Source: Eledone cirrhosa
Lineage: Eukaryota
DNA length: 64,000 bases
NCBI GenBank assembly: GCA_964016885.1
Contig: OZ024743.1
Coordinates: 4,774,001-4,838,000, forward strand
Reading direction: 5' to 3'
The position numbers and the translations under genes are program-made. Below the pieces are notes generated by a model. The model was not told the DNA's origin, did no database searches, and was given only the letters and a program-made list of their open reading frames with translations. Below, in pieces: positions 53,870 to 64,000 of this stretch. Numbering within the stretch: position 1 is the first letter of the stretch; each line of letters starts with the position of its first letter.

Positions 53870-56490
53870 CCTCACCACTACCACCCACCCCACCATCATT
53901 ACTGATTCAAGCACCATAGCCACCACCACCACCACCACCACCACTACAAGCACCATAGCCACCACCACCACCACCACCACCACTACAAGCACCATAGCCA
54001 CCAACGCCACCACCACCACCACAACCACTACAAGCACCATAGCCAACGCCACCACCACCACCACCACCACCACCACCACCACCACCATAGCCACCAACGC
54101 CACCACCACCACCACTACAAGCACCATAGCCACCACCGCCACCACCACCACCACCACAAGCACCATAGCCACCACCGCCACCACCACCACCACCACAAGC
54201 ACCATAGCCACCACCACCACCACCAACACCACCACTACAAGCACCATAGCCACCACCACCACCACCACAAGCACCACCACCACCACCACCACAAGCACCA
54301 CCACCACCACCACCACCACCAACGCCACCAACACCACCACTACAAGCACCATAGCCACCACCACCACCACCACAAGCACCACCACCACCACCACCACCAC
54401 CACAAGCACCACCACCACCACCACCACAAGCACCACCACCACCACCACCACCACCACCAACGCCACCAACACCACCACTACAAGCACCATAGCCACCACC
54501 ACCACCACCACCACCACCACCACCACCACCAGCAACGCCACCACCACCACCACTACAAGCACCATAGCCACCACCACCACCACCACCACCACTACAAGCA
54601 CCATAGCCACCACCACCACCACCACCACTACAAGCACCATAGCCACCACCACCACCACCACCACCACCACCACCACCACCACCAACGCCACCACCACCAC
54701 CACTACAAGCACCATAGCCACCAACACCACCACCACCACCACTACAAGCACCATAGCCACCACCACCACCACCACCACCACTACAAGCACCATAGCCACC
54801 ACCACCACCACCACCACCACCACCACCACCACCACCAACGCCACCACCACCACCACTACAAGCACCATAGCCACCACCACCACCACCACAAGCACCACCA
54901 CCACCACCACCACAAGCACCACCACCACCACTGCCATCACCACCACCACCACCACCATCACCACCACCACCACCACAAGCACCACCACCATCACCACCAC
55001 CACCACCACCACAAGCACCATAGCCACCACCACCACAAGCACCACCACCACCACCACCACCATCACCACCACCACCACCACCACCACCACCAACGCCACC
55101 ACCACCACCACCACCACCACCACCAACGCCACCACCACCACCACCACCACCACTACAAGCACCATAGCCACCAACGCCACCACCACCACCACAACCACTA
55201 CAAGCACCATAGCCAACGCCACCACCACCACCACCACCACCACCACCACCACCACCATAGCCACCAACGCCACCACCACCACCACTACAAGCACCATAGC
55301 CACCACCGCCACCACCACCACCACCACAAGCACCATAGCCACCACCGCCACCACCACCACCACCACAAGCACCATAGCCACCACCACCACCACCAACACC
55401 ACCACTACAAGCACCATAGCCACCACCACCACCACCACAAGCACCACCACCACCACCACCACAAGCACCACCACCACCACCACCACCACCAACGCCACCA
55501 ACACCACCACTACAAGCACCATAGCCACCACCACCACCACCACAAGCACCACCACCACCACCACCACCACCACAAGCACCACCACCACCACCACCACAAG
55601 CACCACCACCACCACCACCACCACCACCAACGCCACCAACACCACCACTACAAGCACCATAGCCACCACCACCACCACCACCACCACCACCACCACCACC
55701 ACCAACGCCACCACCACCACCACTACAAGCACCATAGCCACCACCACCACCACCACCACCACTACAAGCACCATAGCCACCACCACCACCACCACCACTA
55801 CAAGCACCATAGCCACCACCACCACCACCACCACCACCACCACCACCACCACCAACGCCACCACCACCACCACTACAAGCACCATAGCCACCAACACCAC
55901 CACCACCACCACTACAAGCACCATAGCCACCACCACCACCACCACCACCACTACAAGCACCATAGCCACCACCACCACCACCACCACCACCACCACCACC
56001 ACCACCAACGCCACCACCACCACCACTACAAGCACCATAGCCACCACCACCACCACCACAAGCACCACCACCACCACCACCACAAGCACCACCACCACCA
56101 CTGCCATCACCACCACCACCACCACCATCACCACCACCACCACCACAAGCACCACCACCATCACCACCACCACCACCACCACAAGCACCATAGCCACCAC
56201 CACCACAAGCACCACCACCACCACCACCACCATCACCACCACCACCACCACCACCACCACCACCACCAACGCCACCACCACCACCACCACCACCACCACC
56301 AACGCCACCACCACCACCACTACAAGCACCATAGCCACCACCACCACCACCACAAGCACCACCACAAGCACCACCACCACCACCACCACCACCAACGCCA
56401 CCACCACCACCACCACCACCACCACCACCACCACCAACGCCACCACCACCACCACTACAAGCACCATAGCCACCACCACTGCCATCATTA
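53870..56490. repeat. Second (ACC)n-derived array with motif actacaagcaccatagcc and a 1170-bp internal tandem duplication
   Basis: Markers at 54021/55191 and 54931/56101 share the same 1170-bp offset. Confidence 0.95.
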
Positions 56491-56743
56491 GCACCTTTCC
56501 TGACTTATAGTCACCAATACTGAATGTCACGTGTCACAGTGTTGTATACAATTATAGGAATTCACAAGTTTCCGCTCGCTTACCCATCGCCACGCTTTTC
56601 TCACATACACACACACATACACACACATACACACACATACATACACATACACAAATATACTCATACACAAATATATCACATCGCACTATTCTACACTCAC
56701 CTGAACATAACTATACACACTAACCACAAACACACACACGCAT

Positions 56744-56776
<33 letters not shown>

Positions 56777-56861
56777 AATATACATAGAGAAAGCCACAGA
56801 CTTTCAACCACATATCTATACATACAAATGTGTATACATACTCAAATACTCATGCATACAG

Positions 56862-57274
56862 TAATTGTTTCTACGTTAGGCACAAGGCCAGCAATAACCC
56901 AGTGCATTACTGGTACTTTATTTTATCGACCCGGTAAGGATGAAAGGCAAAGTTAACCTCGGCGGGATTTGAACTCAGACTGTAAAGGGCCGTAACTATG
57001 CTACAAGCATGGCGTCCGACCCTCTACCGATACTGCCAATCCACCGCCAATAATGGTTTCCTATATAGACACAAGGCCAGCAATTTGGGGGCAGGGGAAA
57101 GTCGATTAAATCGACCCCAGTGCGTGACTGGTACTTTATTTTATTGACCCCCCCCCCCTCGTAAGGATGAAAGGCAAGGTTAACTTCGGATTTGGACTCA
57201 GATCATAAAGGGCCGTAACTCTATGCTGCAAAGCACGGCGTTCGATCCTCTATCGATACGGCCAATCCATCGCC
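56862..57274 (-). mobile_element. Two head-to-tail SINE copies (short-tail then long-tail form)
   Basis: Units 56862-57048 and 57049-57274. Confidence 0.9.
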
Positions 57275-57494
57275 ATTTCATGCATACATTAATGATAGCA
57301 AACACACGCACAGAGAGAGAGAGGGTGGGGATAAAGAGAGAGGGGGGAATAAAGAGAGTGGGAGAGAGAGGGGGGAGATAAAGACAGAGGGAGGGAGGGA
57401 GAGAGAGAGAGTGTGTCTCACGGAAACGGAAACAATTACCAACACAGGCAAACATGACAGGAACTCATGTATATTGAAACACTCACACTCTCAG

Positions 57495-59875
57495 ACATAC
57501 GAAGATAGCCATTACACATACATACACACACACACAGACACACACACACAGACATACACACACAGACATACACACACAGACATACAGACAAAAAGACACA
57601 GGCATATACACACACACACACAGACATACACACACATACACACAGACATACACACACAGACATACACACACAGACATACACACACGGACATACGAAGATA
57701 GACATTACACATACATACACACACAGACATACATGCACAGACACACAGACATACACACACAGACACAGGCATATACACACACACACAGACATACACACAC
57801 AGACATACGAAGATAGACATTACACATACATACACACACACACATACACACACATACATACACATACATACACACACAGACATACACACACATACATACG
57901 AAGATAGACATTACACATACATACACAGACATACATACACACACAGACATACACAGACATACACAGACATACATACACACACATACATACACAGACATAC
58001 ATACACACACAGACATACACACACAGACATACACAGACATACATACACACACAGATATACACACACAGACACACACACACACACATACATACACAGATAT
58101 ACACAGACATACACACACAGACATACATACACAGATATACACAGACATACATACACACACAGACATACACATACAGATATACACACACAGACATACACAC
58201 ACAGACATACATACATACACAGACATACACACACAGACATACACAGACATACACACACAGACATACATACACAGACATACATACACACACAGACATACAC
58301 ACACAGACATACACAGACATACATACACACACAGACATACACATACAGATATACACACACAGACATACACATACAGATATACACACAGACATACACACAC
58401 AGACATACATACACAAACACACACACACAGACATGCACATACATACATACATACATACATACATACACATACAGACATACACATACAGACATACATACAC
58501 AGGCATACACACACAGACATACACACAGACATACACATATACACACAAGCATACACACACACACAGACATACACACACAGACATACACATACACACACAG
58601 ACATACACACACAGACATACACAGACATACATACACACACAGACATACACATACAGATATACACACACAGACATACACATACAGATATACACACAGACAT
58701 ACACACACAGACATACATACACAAACACACACAGACATGCACATACATACATACATACATACATATACATACAGTCATACACATACAGACATACATACAC
58801 AGGCATACACACACAGACATACACACAGACATACACATATACACACAGGCATACACACACACACAGACATACACACACAGACATACACATATACACACAG
58901 ACATACACACACAGACATACACAAACAGACATGCACACACAGACATACACATATACACACATACATACACAGACATACACACACAGACATACACATATAC
59001 ACACAGACATACACACACACACAGACATACACATATACAGACATACATACACATATACATACATACACATATACAGACATACATACACATATACAGACAT
59101 ACATACACATATACAGACATACACATATACAGACATACATACACATATACAGACATACATACACACACAGACATACACACACAGACATACACATATACAC
59201 ACAGACATACACATATACAGACATACACATATACAGACATGCATACATACACAGACATACACATATACACACAGACATACACACACAGACATACCCACAC
59301 AGACATACACACACAGACATACCCACACAGACATACAGACACAGACATACCCAGACAGACATACACACACAGACATACACACACAGACATACCCACACAG
59401 ACATACCCACACAGACATACACACACAGACATACCCACACAGACATACACACACAGACATACCCACACAGACATACACATATACACACAGACATACACAC
59501 AAAGACATACCCACACAGACATACACACACAGACATACCCACACAGACATACCCACACAGACATACACACACAGACATACCCACACAGACATACACACAC
59601 AGACATACCCAGACAGACATACCCACACAGACATACACACACAGACATACCCACACAGACATACCCACACAGACATACACACACAGACATACCCACACAG
59701 ACATACCCACACAGACATACACACACAGACATACCCACACAGACATACCCACACAGACATACACACACAGACATACCCACACAGACATACCCACACAGAC
59801 ATACACACACAGACATACCCACACAGACATACCCACACAGACATACACACACAGACATACACACACAGACATACA
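57495..59875. repeat. Compound (CA/CATA/CAGA)n array with a 14-bp acagacatac(a/c)cac sub-unit
   Basis: Direct inspection; marker catacgaagatag recurs four times at the left end. Confidence 0.95.
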
Positions 59876-60221
59876 ATACACCTCAGATTAACTCGAAAAT
59901 ACAAACAAGCACAACTGATTTACCTTCACTAGTTGTTGTTTTTCAGCATCTCAGCCTCATCCTGTAAATCTATGTGGCTAGGCACTCCAGCCTGATCATG
60001 TCCTTATTTTATCTACCAAACAACCCGAGTCGAACGCTGAATATCGAAAAACATAAGTAAATGCCCTCAGACAAGGTCTGGTGAGCCAACAAGAGACCCG
60101 TAAGTATCTGACACCCCCTCCGGGCTATTTCACTAATAGTTATTTCTTGAGTTTCGTTATATGCTCTACTCTACATCGAGTTTTCTTTGGACGGCTTCAT
60201 AGCATAAGGTTTTTTGTGTGT

Positions 60222-60340
60222 GGTTATTTGTGAAGTTATTTGTGAGGTTATTCGTGAGGTTATTTGTGAAGTTATTTGTGAGGTTATTCGTGAGATCATT
60301 TGTGAGGTTATTCGTGAGGTCATTTGTGAGGTTATTCGTG
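60222..60340. repeat. 12-bp minisatellite ttatt(t/c)gtgagg, ~10 copies
   Basis: Direct inspection. Confidence 0.9.
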
Positions 60341-61675
60341 CTATTAGAAGAGATTGCTAGCCCCTCACTCTACCTTTCTCTATATCTAGAGAGATGGTTG
60401 GAGTAAATGGTCTACCATAACCCTTCTCGCGGTGCAACGCGGTTAACTCAGAAAAAGAGAGGAGTTGAAAAAGAAAGAGTAGGAGAATCATCGATCTCAG
60501 TATTTCATTAGTTTTTCATCGATCCTCGAAAGGATTAATGGCAAATTTGACCAACGCGATTCCAACTCAAAGCGCAGATAAAAGACATTCACCACCTTGT
60601 AATTATTTTAACAATCAGCAAAAGATGGGAATCCAGTTTAATCTCGGCTGGATTTGAACTCGGAACGAAACTAAATATTGTTAGGCGTTGAATCCGATGC
60701 TGTACCATTTCTGCCTCTCAACGTGAGAACAATTATATTCTCTAGTGGATTCCGTGTAAATGTCATGACAACACGTCTCCCTCGACACCTTCCGGGGAAA
60801 CGCCTTCTCTATTCTGTCCGCCGGGGCCACTGGGTGGCTAGCGCGTGGGCCCCCATTTGCTCATAATACTGAGAGATTGAGAGAGCATATGAGTGTCATG
60901 TTTTAGAGAGAATGTAGTTGAACCTGCATACGTGTGTGTGTGTGCGTGTGATTATGTGTGTGTGTGGATATGCGTGCGCATGTGTGTGTGAGAGTTTGAT
61001 TCCATTGTGCTCGGATATGGTGTATATGTATAATTATTTACCCTCACCACATTAATACTTATATTTTTACTAAAATCAATATTCTTGTGTCTATTTTGTA
61101 GATATTCATATCATTGTTTCATTATGTAAAAAGTTTTCGATTATGTCTTTGATTTCGTTCTAAAGTTAAGGTTGTTTAGATCGTAACACTCGAACACACG
61201 AACATCGTGACAAGGAGCATAATATTATAGATATCTCTTTCTAAATCTGGCACAAGTCTATGAAATGTGTAGCAAAAGTGTTATATTTGATTGGACCGGG
61301 CCAACTTCTTGTTGTGTATGACAAAACAACGTCGCCTCCTGTAAGGAGTTGAAGTCAGAAAGTAAAGGGTTATGATTAAACACCGAAAGGCATACGGTGC
61401 AGAACTGCTCTACCTTATTTCGAATATTAAATATTTCTAGCCTCGGCTGAGTGTTTAAGAAGTTTGCTTTGAAATCATGAGATCTTGGTTTCTATCGCAG
61501 AGATAGCATCATGAGTGTATTTTGTCATAGAATCGGGTCGACTAGTGAGTGACATTAGATAGACTGAAACTGACAGATGGTTTGTATCTATAATTCAAAA
61601 GGCCAGACTTATACACGGTGCCACGCTGGTTTTTCATGAGAATTGATTGATTATATTAAGAAAATGCATTATTTG

Positions 61676-61855
61676 TTGGCAGTATCGGTAGAGGGTCGGA
61701 CGCTATGCTTTGACGCATAGAGTTACGGCCCTTGCCATTCTGAGTTCAAATCCCGCCGAGGTTAACTTTGCCTTTCATCCTTACGGGGTCGATAAAATAA
61801 AGTACCAGTAATGTACTGTGCCAAAAAGTAATGTGCCAAAAAGTAGGAACAATTA
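61676..61855 (+). mobile_element. tRNA-derived SINE
   Basis: A/B boxes, core and rearranged tail. Confidence 0.88.
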
Positions 61856-62158
61856 TTTGGCATACCCAACCAATGAGTTGAAAATTGAAAAAACAACTAA
61901 AATAATCATCGTCGAAACCAACAGAGATCCATTTATTAACCTCTGCAGAAGGTCGACACCTCCATTTAACGGTTTGATAATAGTGATTTCTAACAACCAC
62001 AAAGCCACACCCCATAGGGAATAAAACAGTCGAGTTTACTTAAATTGATTCAGTACCTGACTAGTAAATATTTTATCAACCCCGGAATGATGAAAGACAT
62101 TTTGTTCAAAGGTCTTAGAAATTAAGCATAGACAATGATGATGATGATGATGATGATA

Positions 62159-62246
<88 letters not shown>

Positions 62247-62685
62247 CACCAGTGTTTGGGTGGGGGGCACCAGACTGATAATAGCTGTTCAAGATTGGAG
62301 TCTCGCAACTAGATCCTCTCACCACATCATCAAGGAGAAATTGGCCAATAACAATAATTGTCTTTAATATGAGCACAAGAATTTGGAGATGGGTGGATTA
62401 ATTAATTAAATCTACCTCAGTATTTTTGACTGATACTGTATTTTATCGACCCAGGATGTTTGAAAGACAAAATTAACCTCGGGGGAGGGGGGGGTTGAAC
62501 TCAGAATGTAAAGAACCACAACTAAATATTTCAATAATTTACTTTATTGGACAGAAAGGGCAAAGGTGCTTGAAGCACTTCAATAGCGAAATACAGAGGA
62601 AAACAACAAGTGTGGGGTGGTGGGGAGTTACATCGAGTAAAAGAATGAAATCAACAATAGCAATAAAAACACATTAATAAACAGG

Positions 62686-62890
62686 TAATAATTGTTTCTA
62701 TTTTTGGCACAAGGCCAGCAATTTTTTGATTAAATCAACCTCAGTGCATTACTGGTACTTTATTTTATCAACCCCGTAACGATGAAAAGCAAAGCTAATC
62801 TCAGCGGGATTTAAACTCAGAACGTAAAGGGACGTAACTATGCTGCAAAGGATGCTCTCTGGCGCTCTACTGATTCTGTCAATCCACCGC
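62686..62890 (-). mobile_element. tRNA-derived SINE
   Basis: Complete tail-core-head on the minus strand. Confidence 0.85.
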
Positions 62891-63032
62891 GCTAATAACG
62901 ATTATAAAAAGAAACAACACAGAAGAAAAGGGGAACAAGGATCCAAAATGTGGCACCTCGGTCCCATGGGCCGTAATAATGTTACATAAAGGTTAAATGA
63001 AGCACGGGACCCTTGTACATGCTGGGTTCATT

Positions 63033-63258
63033 GCAAATACTACACATACTACTAGATCAATCCGACATTACCCGCACACAACCATAGATTGCACTCACAC
63101 ACACAGCAAATACTACACATACTACTAGATCAATCCGACATTACCCGCACACAACCATAGATTGCACTCACACACACAGCAAATACTACACATACTACTA
63201 GATCAATCCGACATTACCCGCACACAACCATAGATTGCACTCACACACACAGCAAATA
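63033..63258. repeat. Perfect 73-bp tandem triplication
   Basis: Unit starts gcaaatactacacatactactagatc at 63033, 63106 and 63179. Confidence 0.97.
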
Positions 63259-63560
63259 ATGGTTTCTGATTTAGACACAAGGCCAACAATTTTGGAGAGG
63301 AGAAAGTCGATGAAATCGACCCAGTGCATTATTGGTACTTTATTTATCGATCCCGTAAGGATGAAAGGCAAAGCTAACCTGAGCACGTAAAGGACCGTAA
63401 CTCTATGCCGCGAAGCATGGTGGCCGGCGCTCTACCGATACAGCCAATGATTTCTAATGTTGGCACAAGGCCAGCAATTTAGGCGATAGGAAAATCTATT
63501 ATATCCCAGTACTTGAATGGTACTTTATTTTGTTGACCTCTGAAGAATGAAATGCAACAT
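63255..63560 (-). mobile_element. Head-to-tail SINE copies (one internally deleted, one diverged)
   Basis: Tail and core motifs repeated. Confidence 0.8.
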
Positions 63561-64000
63561 TGACCTTTAGAAGGTAAAGTGTTTGGTAGAAATCCTGCCA
63601 GATATCCAGAAGCAAGTGGTAATAATAACCAGCTTCGTGCCGAGCACTTTCTCTGGTTCAGGCTACAAGGTGAACGTGTGTTTTGGTGTGTTGTGGAGAA
63701 TATATGCATGTGAGTGTCATGTTTTTGACAGAATGCGTGTGTGTGCGTGTGATTGTGTGTGTGTGTGCGTGTGATTGTGTGTGTGTGTGTGTGTGAGTGT
63801 GCGTGCGCATCTGTTTGTGTGAGTGTGAGTGCATGCGTATTTATATCAGTGTTTGCGTGTGTCTTTGTACATGCGAGTGTTTTGGTGTCTATCGAAATTT
63901 TTTATTGTTTAAGAGACGACACGCGTCACTCGCCACGAGTCACATGTCACACTAATTCTCATTAACTGCTTACATATACAGAGATACAAACGTATGCATA

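Noticed and set aside
57411-59967. Long Cys/Val/Tyr/Met and His/Thr ORFs (also at 1.2-1.6, 17.3-18.8, 29.7-32.4 and 35.8-36.1 kb)
   Set aside because: Translations of CA/TA/CATA microsatellites.

Overview
Eukaryotic, repeat-saturated, apparently gene-poor DNA (intergenic or large intron). The abundant tRNA-headed SINE, the LINE remnants and the (TA)n/(CA)n/(ACC)n content resemble an Octopus/coleoid cephalopod genome; this is recognition, not a search. No intact host gene is supported, and almost all ORF-track entries are microsatellite artefacts. Retroelement content: a young Tx1/L1-clade LINE 3' fragment pair sitting in (TAGA)n, decayed CR1-like, RTE and R4/Dong LINEs, a Penelope-type GIY-YIG remnant and many SINE copies, some in head-to-tail arrays. 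Other content: hAT and mariner MITEs, a Helitron-like element, two large (ACC)n-derived arrays with higher-order duplications and a 28-bp minisatellite. The most interesting signal is a set of distinct short non-coding repeat families next to (TA)n tracts that carry type I hammerhead-ribozyme folds (Penelope pLTR/retrozyme-like). One family has a U4A core variant in all four core-containing copies, and another forms a ~390-bp near-perfect palindrome with a hammerhead on each strand. All folds were paired by eye and need computational and biochemical confirmation.
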